DNA from: Alloascoidea hylecoeti
Taxonomy: Eukaryota
Reading direction: 5' to 3'
Assembly (NCBI GenBank): GCA_001600815.1
Contig: BCKZ01000004.1
Location: forward strand, 1,329,566-1,393,565
Length of the DNA: 64,000 nt
The notes beneath the pieces were generated by a model. It was not told the origin of the DNA, searched no databases, and worked only from the letters and a program-made list of their open reading frames with translations. Below are positions 11,140-23,820 of this stretch, piece by piece. The stretch's first letter is position 1. Every line of letters begins with the position of its first letter. A program made the translations under genes and the position numbers.

Positions 11140-11920
11140 GATTTTTTTTTAAATCCATTTTCCAGTTTTTGTCCTGGCCCTCTGAGGCAGCACTGTTGTT
11201 GAATAACAAATAGAAGCCTGCGATTGATGGTTGGAATCTCGTCCGTGGATTAAATTTTGTTAGAGTTCAATTTATTTCAGGGTTTTATTACTGTTGAACA
11301 ACTAGAAGTTATACATAGGATCTCTATTGATATCATATTAACTCGATAAGGTAAAAAACAAGTAGTCCCCTTCGGTATAATTGTTAACCTTTTAATAATT
11401 TATCTCAATTCCATATATTTAATGATTACAGTTTGCAACTCAATAATGATACTTATTTAGAGGATTCTACGTCTAAGGCACGGAATCAAGAAATAGCAAA
11501 GAAGCCAAATATCACAACAAAAGTTGTAAGGAATACGAATCAATAGCTTTAAAAGAGTAAGATTTAATTTAGTTTAGCTATCAATCAGGCAAAATGATTA
11601 GAAGAAAAAAGTATAAAGAAACAATCACCGATAAATAGATTTACAACGCTAAATCAGACATTTTCAAGTGAAAAAATAGAGATATATAACATTTTATTTT
11701 AAAGTAATTAATCAATCACAATTGAAAATTAAATGGTTTTAATATTAATATTGCAATTGTAGCTAGAAGAAGCTAAACATTTGGAAAGGTTGTAATTCTG
11801 CATATATCTCTCGACGTTCGCGGGCATAAAGTTTTTCAACCAGTTGACATCTAAGAAAATACATCTCCATAAATTCGCTGTATAAGTGGTTTAACGGGTT
11901 TGTATTCAAAGAGAATTCAG

Positions 11921-13942
11921 ATGTTACGAAGGGAAATAAAGCAAAGAATAAATTTTTTTATACAATTTGGTACTAGTTATAGGCCTTTTATACCCCAGGT
12001 TAATGAAGTATTATTGTCTATAAAATGTCCCCAAATCGCTTTAGAATCGTCAAATGGTAGTTGGAACTTTCAACCTTATCGGACACAAACATTTCACACA
12101 TTTTCTATAACTCAATTGGAAGTACTGTTAAAAAATGTTCAAGAAATTGATCAAGAACAAGAACAAGAACAAATACAAAAAGATAATCTACAAAATCAAG
12201 TTGAAAATCAACAAACAAATTTAAATTCAGAATCAATTGATATAGAAATAGTTATTAAGAAATTTTCAGAACTTGATAAAAATATAAAAATTATAACAAA
12301 ATCTGAAATGGATCAAATGGATAAGTTATCGAAACAAAATATTGAAAAATTTAAAGATGAATTTTTAAAATTTTCAAATCAACTCATAAATAATATTGAA
12401 GAATCAATATTAATAAGAAATTCAATAATTTTACCAAATAATGATAAATATTTCTTTCCGGCATTTCTCATTAGAAATTTATTACATTCTTGTTATTTTT
12501 TCCACAGTTTTTATAGATTTTCAAAACAAAGAAAAGTATTTGAAAATAAAAATAATAATGATTTAAGATTTGAAAGAATTGAACTTTGTAATTTATTAAT
12601 AATTGAATTTATTAAATTATTATTAATTGATATTTTAAATGATTCTGCAAAACTTAATAAAAATGGTATGAAATATTTATTTTTAACATTAAAATATTAT
12701 CCAATTGATAATTCAGTTAATTTTTTAAAAAATTACTTTATAAAATTTCCAAATAAATCAAAAATTGATAATAGAACACAAACATCAGTTTTAACAATTA
12801 TGAAAAATGAAAATACACCAATTGAACAAGTTTTACAATTTTTTAATGAATCTTGTGATAAGTCAATTAATCAAATGGGGATTTTAGGAACATGTTATGT
12901 TAAATCTGGAAATAGTAAAGAAGCTTGGAAGATTTATGAAAATATGAAAGATCAATGGGGCGAAACAAATCAATCTAATTTTTTATATTTAAATCATATT
13001 ATTGTTTTTACAAAAGATTTTGAAATTTATTTAAATTGTTGGAATGAAATGTTAAGAATAATTAATAAAGGGAATGGAACTTCAATTACAGCAATTGCAA
13101 CACATGATATGTTTCGTAATTTTCATGGAATTACTAAACATAATATAGATTTATTACTTGATATTTTTAAACAATATTTAAATGCATTAAAAAACGAACC
13201 AGTTAATAATTTAAGAATGTTTAGGTTTTTTCAAGATACATTTACTGATGCATTTTTTGCATATTATTCAAAATATTCAGATGAAGCTATGGAACATGTT
13301 AAAACAATTATAAAAGATGTTATGATTGTAATGAGAGAGAAAAAAGATTATCAACATAGAACAGAGATATCGTTTTATAATAAATTAATGACACATGGTA
13401 TAAATACTTGGAGATCACCAAAAATTATGGAATATATTGAAGATGAAGTTATCAGCAAATTAGAAAATGAGTCTGTTGTCTTTGATGTTGTTTATTATCG
13501 AATAGTGTTGAATACTTATTCATTATACGAATTCACTAATGAATCTAAAGTATTATCAACATGGTTTAAAACAATTAAAGCATTGGATTATAAGATGTTT
13601 GTGAAATCAAAGGATTACCCTGGATCTAAATTAGAAAATATTGGAGCGATTGATTTTACAGCTCTTATTAAAGCGTTATTATCAAATAGATACACAGACA
13701 GTGATGTTCGTCTATTCACGGAAATATGGAGAGCATATATACCATTTTCTGAGACACGTTCTATTGAAGGGTTAAAAGAGCGACTCATGAAGTTTCAGAA
13801 TTTAAATATTGATGATAGTTTACAAAAATTGGAGAAACTTGAACTATCTGAAGGTGGGGAAAGCAATAATGCTAAACTAATAAGTTCGGCTCTTTCAGAA
13901 AATGAATTCAAATATATTTCTCCACATAATTCCCAATCTTAA
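11921..13942 (+). CDS. Probable mitochondrial pentatricopeptide-repeat protein (Rmd9-like possible)
   Basis: First ATG is at 11921 (the track start is TTG). Basic N-terminus and PPR-like helices (MGILGTCYVKSGNSKEAWKIYENMK; SFYNKLM; VYYRIVLNTY). Confidence 0.65.
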   Translation: MLRREIKQRINFFIQFGTSYRPFIPQVNEVLLSIKCPQIALESSNGSWNFQPYRTQTFHTFSITQLEVLLKNVQEIDQEQEQEQIQKDNLQNQVENQQTNLNSESIDIEIVIKKFSELDKNIKIITKSEMDQMDKLSKQNIEKFKDEFLKFSNQLINNIEESILIRNSIILPNNDKYFFPAFLIRNLLHSCYFFHSFYRFSKQRKVFENKNNNDLRFERIELCNLLIIEFIKLLLIDILNDSAKLNKNGMKYLFLTLKYYPIDNSVNFLKNYFIKFPNKSKIDNRTQTSVLTIMKNENTPIEQVLQFFNESCDKSINQMGILGTCYVKSGNSKEAWKIYENMKDQWGETNQSNFLYLNHIIVFTKDFEIYLNCWNEMLRIINKGNGTSITAIATHDMFRNFHGITKHNIDLLLDIFKQYLNALKNEPVNNLRMFRFFQDTFTDAFFAYYSKYSDEAMEHVKTIIKDVMIVMREKKDYQHRTEISFYNKLMTHGINTWRSPKIMEYIEDEVISKLENESVVFDVVYYRIVLNTYSLYEFTNESKVLSTWFKTIKALDYKMFVKSKDYPGSKLENIGAIDFTALIKALLSNRYTDSDVRLFTEIWRAYIPFSETRSIEGLKERLMKFQNLNIDDSLQKLEKLELSEGGESNNAKLISSALSENEFKYISPHNSQS

Positions 13943-13989
13943 ATTTCATTTTATTTTCAAAATATATTTTGTTGGCGTCTAAACCTATC

Positions 13990-14890
13990 AATTATAAAGA
14001 ACGTTTGACCACCAAGTTTTAACATCGACCTAATCATATGTGTGTTAGGAGGATATAGTATCGACTATTTCGATCCATTAATCGGTATGTTCGGTTATCT
14101 TCATGACGGATTCTTCAAGCTGAGTTTATATAAATATTAATGTAGATAGAATAGCTAACAACTTTGTATATAATACTCTAACCCATCCCCAACCAGTTAT
14201 ATATTTATTGACGGGTCATCTGTAAAATGGACCCAAGTTTCATAGTATCTATCTGCTCTCCTTTGAATTGCAACGGAAACCTAATGTATATCCAGGTTCT
14301 ACCATTGCGGGCCTGGTCTTGCCCTTGTTTCAGGATCTTGGGGCACTAGATAAGGTTTTGTGACGTATTTCTAGGCCACCGCTACAAACTTTGCATTTGT
14401 CCTCTCCTGACGGTTGGCCACGGATTTGAGCCTTAAAAACAGTATTGAAGGTTCGCCTCGGGAGTGTTATATATTTTCGGTTTTTGGTTAAGCCATTGCC
14501 GAGCCAGGAGAAGTACATTTAAATTTACATTTTCTGATTTCACACTTATTGTAGTTTGTGGATCGATGCAGCTACATACGCATAGAACACAAGATAATAA
14601 CCGACTGCCATTTGCAAAACATGTAATCATCTTCAACACATTTAGAGGGTTATAATTAAACGAACGACCCTAGACCAGCATAATTCTTAAAATCTTGCGG
14701 TTATCGCTCTTGTTAATTGTTGTAGGGTAGCATGTGTTTCGTTTCGAAAGATATCAGCTGTTTTTTTTAGAAGTTCGTAGTGATTATATGATCCGAAAAC
14801 AATGCCATCTTCAAATAGTAAATCTATACCGACAACAACTGAACGATTCCACGCATATCTATAAAACATAAACAATGCAATTTCAAGCAT
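13990..14890 (-). pseudogene. Candidate decayed totivirus Gag copy
   Basis: In order across stops and frameshifts: YRYAWNRSVVVG, LLFEDGIV, YNHYELL, CIDPQTTISV..ENVNLNVLLLARQWLNQKPKIYN, YITGWGWVRVLY (recalled L-A NIPKFGSIRGRY). It also resembles the 35.8 kb relic. Confidence 0.5.
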
Positions 14891-15100
14891 AAAACCCAGC
14901 TATCAGCCAGTTATAATTTCTTATTATTAATTAATGTAATTATTGGTATTAAATAGATATGAGAGAACAGGCCGGGTAAACCCAGATCTGAGATTTCAGC
15001 ATATGATTGCTCCCCGCAAACCATAAAGGATGTTTATAGTATAAAAGTCTCCAACTCCCTCTCTCTTTTTCTCTTTCCTTTCTTATCAAATATTACAAAC

Positions 15101-16732
15101 ATGTCAAAGAAATTCACAGCCGAAGAGGTTGCAAAACATTCATCTCCAGATGATTTATGGATCGTTATTAATGATTCTGTATTCGATCTTACAAAATTCC
15201 AAAAAATTCATCCAGGTGGTAAAAAAATCTTATCAAAAGTGGCTGGTACTGATGCCACTAAGCAATTTCAAAAATATCATAACGCTAATAAAGTTTTAAA
15301 GAAGTATGCACCAAAATTAAAAATTGGTGAAATTGGTGAGAATTCAAGTAGTGCTTCTTCACAAATTGAGGCTAATCCTTCTTCACAACCCCCATCGGCT
15401 TCATCTTCATCAAGTACCGAGGATGTTTCAAAACAAACTCAATTTGAACAATTTGGTGATATGATTCCTTATTGTGATCCCAATTGGTATCAGGGTCATC
15501 ATTCTGAATATTATAATGAAACACATGTAGCTTTACGTGCTGAAGTTCGTGAATGGGTTGAAGAATATTTGGAACCAAATATTGAAGAATGGGAAGAAGC
15601 AAAAGAAATTCCAAACGAAATTTATAAAGAAATGGGTGCTAGAGGTTATCTTTCCGGTGCTCTTGGTGTTAGTTATCCAACTAAATATACTGATATCCGC
15701 CCTAAAATTGTACCTGCTGATAAATGGGATCCTTTCCATGAATTCATTGTTACAGATGAGATTTCAAGAGTTGGATCTGGTGGTCTTATTTGGAGTTTAT
15801 TGGGAGGTTATGGAATTGGTGTTCCACCAATTTATAAATTTGCTCAAGAAGAAGTTAAACAACGTGTCTTACCAGAAATATTATCTGGTGATAAACGATG
15901 TTGTTTATGTATCACTGAACCTGATGCCGGTTCTGATGTTGCTAATATTACTACTACTGCTGTTAAAACTCCAGATGGAAAACATTTTATTGTTAATGGT
16001 GAGAAGAAATGGATTACAAATGGTATCTGGGCTGATTACTTTACAGTTGCTCTTAGAACTGGAGGTCCTGGTATGGGTGGTATTTCTGTTCTTTTACTTG
16101 AAAGAACAATGCCAGGTATTGAGACTCGTCGTATGAATTGTCAAGGTATGGCCGCATCAGGAACTACATATGTTACATTTGAAGATGTTAAAGTTCCTGT
16201 TGAAAACTTGATTGGAAAAGAAAATCAAGGTTTTAAAGTAATTATGTCAAACTTTAATCATGAACGACTTGGAATTGTGATTCAAGCTTTAAGATTCTCA
16301 AGAGTTTGTTTAGAGGAATCTGTTAAATATGCTCATAAGAGAAAAACATTTGGTAAATATTTGATTGAACATGATGTTATTAGAAATAAAATTGCCCAAA
16401 TGTCGATCCGTGTTGAAGCTGCTGATCATTGGCTTGAAAATATTTTATTTCAAACTAAAAAAATGCCACAAGCTGAAGCATCATTAAGACTTGGTGGTCA
16501 TATTGCTGCTGCAAAAGCATTTTCAACTCAAGCTTTTGAATATTGTGCAAGAGAAGCCTCTCAAATATTTGGTGGTTTAAGTTATAGTAAAGGTGGTCAA
16601 GGTGGTAAAATTGAAAGATTATATCGTGAAGTTAGAGCTTATGCTATTCCAGGTGGTTCTGAAGAAATTATGTTGGATTTATCTGTTAGACAAGCTTTAA
16701 AAGTTCATAAGCATTTGGGTTCTCAATTGTAA
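15101..16732 (+). CDS. Acyl-CoA dehydrogenase with N-terminal cytochrome b5-like domain
   Basis: N-terminal EVAKH...HPGG...GTDAT heme-binding domain. ACAD motifs CLCITEPDAGSD, NGEKKWITNG, FNHERL, QIFGG, IPGGSEEIM. Confidence 0.93.
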   Translation: MSKKFTAEEVAKHSSPDDLWIVINDSVFDLTKFQKIHPGGKKILSKVAGTDATKQFQKYHNANKVLKKYAPKLKIGEIGENSSSASSQIEANPSSQPPSASSSSSTEDVSKQTQFEQFGDMIPYCDPNWYQGHHSEYYNETHVALRAEVREWVEEYLEPNIEEWEEAKEIPNEIYKEMGARGYLSGALGVSYPTKYTDIRPKIVPADKWDPFHEFIVTDEISRVGSGGLIWSLLGGYGIGVPPIYKFAQEEVKQRVLPEILSGDKRCCLCITEPDAGSDVANITTTAVKTPDGKHFIVNGEKKWITNGIWADYFTVALRTGGPGMGGISVLLLERTMPGIETRRMNCQGMAASGTTYVTFEDVKVPVENLIGKENQGFKVIMSNFNHERLGIVIQALRFSRVCLEESVKYAHKRKTFGKYLIEHDVIRNKIAQMSIRVEAADHWLENILFQTKKMPQAEASLRLGGHIAAAKAFSTQAFEYCAREASQIFGGLSYSKGGQGGKIERLYREVRAYAIPGGSEEIMLDLSVRQALKVHKHLGSQL

Positions 16733-17081
16733 GCAATTTCAGTTGTAGTTTTGGAATTGAAATTTCAGCCACAAAAACAAAAACATTGGAAAATTGAGTA
16801 ACTCAAATAATGATTGAAGGAATTTTTAAATGTTGCTCAGTAGGTTACTAACATATATACGAAAATGACTGTAATTTTTTTTGACATATAATAAATATAT
16901 TGTGATACGACGTAACAAATAAATTTAGCATAACATGTTGAAATCGCTTAACTATGTCCTCCATTTACTCTTCATAACTTTGTTAGAGAAATTCTGTGAG
17001 ACATAAGTTTTAATATATAGATTGTATCAGATACCCATCCTCTCAACACATTTCTTTTTGCTTTTTGACAAAACCGATCCA

Positions 17082-18703
17082 ATGTCAATAATAACAGAAG
17101 GATTAAACAACTTTAAGACAAAAGTTTCCCAAGATCCCGATTGGATCAGCAATATTGACGATTTGCTAACAGATTGGGACCTAAATGATACAACATTTTT
17201 AAATTCTATACAGAATCAGGCCTTTTAAATTTTCAACTGGTTTGAAAATGAAAATAATTCAGTGTTATCTTTCACGTTTATAATGAGCTACCAACCTCTA
17301 GGATTCCTCTTCATGGAAGACCCAACAAGTAAATCAAAAAGAACTAAACCTACAGCTACCGTTAATAACGCTTATTCAACTCTACATAAGGTAAAACCTG
17401 ATAAGTGTTCAATATTTGATTTTACAGAGGATATACAATTACTACTACTCAAATTGTCACATATGGATATTACCCAAAAACTAAATGGAATCATTTTCTC
17501 AACTTTAAACCAACAAGAAATAGATAAAGTATACAAGTCAATTAATGAAGCAGAAATAACTGTAATCATACAAAAAAGAATCCTTCAAGTAACAAAAATG
17601 TTAATACAGCTTCTTGATTGCCAGGGTCAAAGTACTCTACAATTTGCACCGCAAAAATCATTGGGATCACATTCTTTTGATTGTAGAGTAACACCAGATT
17701 TTCTACTAAAAATAGCATACAATAATTTACTTTGTATTGAACTAAAAAGTCCGGCCATTCAAATTCTAAACAAAGATGATTTACCTTTCGAAAAGGATTT
17801 CAATGATATTTTTACTCAATCGGTTCACCAGTGTTTATTGAGTAGCACACCATTCGGATGGGTTTCCGATTACTATTCTACTATATTATATCAAATTGAT
17901 ATCGACGTTGAAAATGAAATAAAATATAATGATTATGAAACACAGTTTGATAATATCACCTCTTACAAGAAAATACCTATAAAATATGTAATTATCAAAG
18001 AGAAACAATTACTTTTGTACTCAATCATTTTCATTAGAAAAATAATCAGATTTTTTGAAACACATACACAAGAAAAGGTGGAAAATTCAATGAAAACTCT
18101 TTCAGATGTACTAACAATTAATACTAAGGAAGCAAAATTAGAAGCTAAACAATACCGATTAGAGATCCATCATCTTCTAGAGAAACATTTGGACGGAAAA
18201 ACAATAAGTTTTATACGAAGAGATTTATGTGAGATTTATGTGTAAATAAAGATGCTTTGACACCGTCGAAATTGGAGAAATTAATGGTGCAATATTCACG
18301 CAACAGAGAGTATCACTCTCAAGTTCTTAGGGTTTCTAAAAACACCCTAGAACGTATGAGTGATGATGGTGTATCATCTCTTCCATTGGAAGAAAATACC
18401 CAATATATATTAAAAATTTATGATCCCTATCGCGCGAATCAAGGAACTGATGATATTGAAAATATTCCAAAAAAATGTATGGAACATTTTGCTACAGAAC
18501 ATGACGTAGATAATTGCGAAAAAGCAGTATCAAATTGAAGAATATTACATTCTCAAAATATTATCCATGGAGATATCAGAAAAAAAAATTTAATTGAAAG
18601 TTCGGATGGAACTATCTACTTTATCGATTTTGGATTCTCCAGCAATAAACCACAAGCTAAAAGAAAATGTTCACGCCCTTACGGCTTGTCATTCTACGAG
18701 TAA
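17082..18703 (+). pseudogene. Disrupted PD-(D/E)xK nuclease-like plus protein-kinase gene
   Basis: VTPDFLL...CIELKSP motif, then ILKIYDP, HSQNIIHGDIRKKNLI and IDFGFS. In-frame stops at 17226 and 18536, a frameshift near 18240, and an apparent internal deletion in the kinase. Confidence 0.75.
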
Positions 18704-19468
18704 TGGACTCGAGTATTAGAATCCCCAACCACTCTTTACAATTCAGTACGATCAATTATCTAAATTTAGACCCATGTCATAAGATTCTCAGGCTCGGACT
18801 TCCTTATGTTATAAATATTTTATGGAAAACTTTCTCAGATGTGTAAGTTGTAGGGGGTTTCTCTATGTGAATTCTTAAATAGTGAGTTTCAAACGAGGAA
18901 TAAATCAACCTTGTTAAATAAAATCACATAACACGATCTTTGGAATTAAATATTTGATTAATGGCTTTAGTACCAACCGCAGCTAAAAGAAACAATTCAG
19001 AATTGATATTATATATTGGGCAACGATTAACATTGATCTAGAATATAATTTTTATTGGAGTTTTTTAAAAGGAATTAAATCTACAGATGATTGCTCCTCC
19101 AACAAATATTCTGGTGGATTACATAACTGGTACAGTTGATTTGCATATTAATAATAATACTATATATGTATCATTGATGATATTCAAGGTTTTGGAAGTT
19201 GGCTGTTAAGTATGATATCCCATTGCATGTTAATAGAATATTCAAACACAAGTTAAAGAAATCAAAATTAAAAAAAAAGAAAACATAAAAAGCATCACAA
19301 ACATCATAAACCATTTAATTATATATAAAGATATAAAAGCAATGCTTGCAATTAGTATTACAAAGAAATTAAAAAAAAAATTTATTAATATCATTATTGT
19401 TTTGATGAAGAAAATAAAGAATAAGAAGAAAATTAGTAGTATTTATATTCAATCATAATGAATATATA

Positions 19469-21133
19469 TTAAATTTTACCTCTACCACCACGAATAACAT
19501 TAACCGCTTGAACCTTTGCACTATAATTTGAAGTTGGTGTCCATTTTCTAAAATTTCTAATTTCATCAGCTGCATACCCAGGAACTCTAATATTCCAATT
19601 TCTTTCTAAATGTAATTGAATATCTTTTGCTTCAACAGATTCACATTTTCGATGTTTTGCCAAACGACATGCAAAATCTGTAACACCAGTAACGAATTCA
19701 TCAGCAATATTTAATAACATTTCTTCAACGTCTCCATCAACTGTTACATTAGTTGAAGCAGCATCTTCAGCTGCAACACTTCGGATTAATTCAGATAATT
19801 TTCTCTTTGATAAGATATGTGTATCAGAGCTAGAAACATCAATTTGGGGTAATTTAACCACCGCTGGTGTAGATAGAACCAATGAGGATATAGCGTTACC
19901 ACCACTCAAAGAAGGTCGTAATAGTTTCATAACAGTTGGAGTTGAAGGTTTGAGTTTTAAAACTTTAGGAATTTCAATTGATGTAAAGCTTGGCTCTCTA
20001 GTGCTTGAAGGAGATGCAGAACGTCGTCTCTGTACTACTGAATTAAATCCTGTTTGTGGAGTAGCGCTATTGTTATTATTGTTATTACTATTATTATTAT
20101 TATTGCTGTTATTATTATTATTATTATTGTTGTTGTTGTTAGTGATGTTATTATTGTTGTTGTTATTGTTATTATTAATAATATTGTTTGCGTCAATATT
20201 ATTATTGCTAGGAATAGAATTAGGATTGTTGTTATTATTCAGATTATTAGGTGTAGGAGGTTGACCCAATTGAGTGGCTTGTGCGCGGGAAGTAGCCAAA
20301 TTTACACGCTGCTGCAGCGAGGGTTGGTTTGCCATATTGGGTGTACCTAACGGTTTTGGCCCCATTTGGGTAGATGTAGAATTCATACTTCCAGATCTAT
20401 TTAATCCCATAGGTACAGCAGAAACATTACTAGGAGCTGGACTACTATGAGAAGAAACGGCAGCTGCAGCTGCGGCTGAAAATTGATTTTGGCCATTCAG
20501 ATTCCCTGGAATTTGTTGTGGTGATTGTGAAGTAGCTATTGAAGGAGATTGAATGTTTTGCATTGAAAGTTGTCTCTGTTGTAGAGAAGCTTGACTAACT
20601 ACAGGAGAATTCATAAAATCATTGGCTTGAGGTCTCATCATACCTAATTGTTGTCGCTGAGGTGGTTGAGGTGGTTGTTGTTGCTGCTGTTGATTCAACA
20701 TTGGAGATGGTATTCCTTGTTGCATTTGAGCATCCAATATAGCAGGGTTCCTTTGAGCCTGATTTTGACGGGCTTGGGCTTGAATTCCTCTGATCTTTTG
20801 TTCTATCATACTCAAAAGAGTCTTATATTGAGTAATTCTGTTTTTAAGTTCTATGCCTTTTTGACTTAGTTTGGTAATGTATTCCGGTGAATTATTAGTA
20901 CCGGATTTCAAAACTTCTTGAATCATAAGAATTTGTTTAACAAATCCATTAGTTATTGGTATTAATTTTGATCTTTGTTGGACCAGAGTTGGCAAATCAT
21001 TAGGGAGTTGTATTGCAGAACGTTGTAGATTATTTTGAGGCATCATCATCTGCTGTTGTAAACCTGCCATTTGAGCTGATGTAGCTTGAGGAGATTGTTG
21101 ACTTCTTGACAATTGTGCTACTCTATTCAATTC

Positions 21134-21221
<88 letters not shown>

Positions 21222-21718
21222 TGAGCTTGCAGTTGTTGGTACTGTCTTTGCTGCATTTGCCCCTGAAGTTCTGCTTGTTGTCGTAACTGAGCAGCTCTCT
21301 GTTGTTGTTGCTGAGTTTGTTGTTGAGTTTGTTGTTGAGTTTGTTGCTGCTGTAATTGTTGTTGAGCCTGTTGATATCTAACTTGTTGTATATGAGCTGC
21401 TTGAAAATTTGGATTCTGAGAATTAGCAGCCCTCACAGTTCCACCAGAAACATCATCACCTGTCACTCCCAATTGGGATTGAGCTTGCGCCTCGGCTGCT
21501 CTTCTTCTTTGAACTTGTTGTTGATGAACCAAGAGAATTCTCTTATATTTTATAGATCGTTGTGCATGTGCAATCCCTTCTGGTGTTTGAGTTCCTAATC
21601 TCTGAGCTTCTCGAACTTCATTGTTATAAGCGGCTAATATTTGTTGAAGTCGGACGGGAGTTAGGTCCATGACCTGACCAGGTGCTGATGGATTGTTAGA
21701 TATTGGTTGTTGATTCAT
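19469..21718 (-). CDS. TAF12: TFIID/SAGA subunit Taf12
   Basis: C-terminal histone fold LSKRKLSEL...DGDVEEMLLNIADEFV...CRLAKHRK...DIQLHLERNWNIRVPGY; Q/N-rich N-terminus. Confidence 0.95.
21134..21223 (-). repeat. (CAG)/(CAA) trinucleotide repeat encoding about 30 Gln in Taf12
   Basis: Uninterrupted TTG then CTG repeats on the + strand. Confidence 0.95.
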
Positions 21719-22845
21719 TTTTACTATATTTCAAAGATGATATGACTCTTCTTAGGTGAAGCATGGAGTGTGACATTTATCATCGTGCTGATATTTACAC
21801 ACACCGAGTTAATCATAGCATGGAAACCTGAATAGTGTTAATATATGGAAAGAATAGTTTTAAGAATCAATCTAGACTTTAATTTGGTATTATATTTTTT
21901 AACATACGGATATAAAGAGCAAGTTCCCCCGATCGTTTAGAGGAGGTATAAATTATGGCCTTATATATTGCTAAATGTATAATCACTAACTAATAGACTT
22001 ATCCTTTTTAGTGGATGAAATACAAGAGTAGAGTCAAAATAGGAAGTTGTTTTACATCTAAATCCAATAGTTGATTATATTTAATATAAAGAAGTATATG
22101 TAACACTTGAGCTGTTAGCTGCCCTGTGTTCCAAAAAAAGTAGTAATAAGTTTATGATAATGCATGTAGTATCATAGCTAGCATTAATGTCAATAATCTA
22201 CAATTGAATTCATATATGTTTCAATTGCAATTGATCATCAATATTGTATATGTTACAGTTTTTCCACGCTGAATTCGCCATGTAGTAAAAAGGATTTCGC
22301 CAGTAACTGCATATAGACATTAGTTATATCGATCTCCTCTTTTCACATCTTTACATGATAGACTTAATATCCTTTATAATTAAATCAATTCAATTTCTTA
22401 ACAATTGTCCTACTTCCAGACGGATGGCACACCACTTCTATGGTTTCATCAATTTTAAGAATAGACAAGTTTGAAAATCTTACAGATCCTCAAATATGTC
22501 AACTATAGAAAAGTAACCATCCAAATTTTCCACTGGATTGATTATATACCTGTCTTTTTGAAACCAGACAGTATACTTTTGGAGGTCAATTTTCGGTTAC
22601 CACAATAATGAGACAGTTCTTATAACCAGCTTTCTGAACATTAGTATGGGAATGGGGATTGACCTTCAAAAGCATACTTTCAGGTTCACAAAAACGTATA
22701 CTGTTGTGATTCCTGTTGGAATTAAATTTTAATTTTGTTTGTAGCTTTAATATAACCAATCAATGTCTGAAATTGTTCTTTAGTCATAGTGACATGTTTT
22801 AACTCTGATGAAGCTGAAGCTGAAGACATAACGATGAGAAATGTC

Positions 22846-22886
<41 letters not shown>
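22846..22886. repeat. (TAA)n microsatellite
   Basis: About 13 perfect units. Confidence 0.95.
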
Positions 22887-22887
<1 letters not shown>

Positions 22888-22984
22888 CAGTTGCAATTTC
22901 AAATCTTAATTATATAATCATCAGAAACAACCGAAAAGACTTTTTTATTATTTATGAAATAACAATTTACTGCTCGATCTGATA

Positions 22985-23820
22985 AAATATTTGTTTTATT
23001 TGTTTGTAAATCTAAAACCTTTAGTTTATTGTGGTTGCTAATAAATAAGTATTAATATTGATCATTCACACCAAATGAAAATTCTTGGATAATTCAACCG
23101 GTTTCAATACTTGATTTTTAAACCCCAATATATTCTTTGGTGCGACATACAATATAATTATTGTACAAGACGGCGCTTCTCATATCGAAATAAGCTGATC
23201 GTGAGGGTAATACCATACAATCTACTGGTTTATAATCTGGTGATTTCCATATTATACAATTGCAAGAACCATCTAATGAAGCAGAAACCAAATATTTATT
23301 ATTGATATCTATATTCCAAACAATACTGAAATGAAATAGTTCATCATTCTTTTCAATTAACTCCAACAATTGAGTTTCTGATAAAATGCTTCCTGAGAAA
23401 GGGGTTGGTTGTCCTAATACTCTTAAACATTGATAAGTCTCATTATCCCAAATTCTAATTGTATTATCTTCTGAGCCAGTTATAATCCAGTTTTTAAAAA
23501 ATTTAACTCACCTCGTTCCGCTAAAATCACCAATTAATTCATGCTTTGTAAATTTATCGTTTTCCCAATTTAATTCCAAAAGATAACGTTCTTTATCTAT
23601 TTTGTATCGTATACTATCAACTATGTGCTTCCATGATTTAGATACTTTCTACAATTGAGTAAAGTTTTTGGTGAGAAATCCAAAAATATTATTCAGATAA
23701 TTCATTAGGGAGATCGGAAACAATATCGGCTGTCGTCTCAAAATTTTTGTAGAAGGACATATTGCAATCGTTTAATTTGTAGTTGTCTATGTACTCGTGG
23801 TTGTCAATAAATATTATGGC
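22985..23820 (-). pseudogene. F-box/WD40 pseudogene, paralog of 40289-41842
   Basis: Reads LPNELSE*..., ERYLLELNWENDKF, KFFKNWIITGSEDNTIRIWDN, DINNKYLVSASLDGSC, with multiple stops, frameshifts and deletions. Confidence 0.9.

Noticed and set aside
14280..14520. Structured ncRNA (SRP, RNase P/MRP) suggested by higher GC
   Set aside because: Diagnostic motifs were not found; a decayed coding sequence explains it better.
19950..21598. Poly-Leu/Val/Ile ORFs on the + strand
   Set aside because: Antisense shadows of the Taf12 polyN and polyQ tracts.
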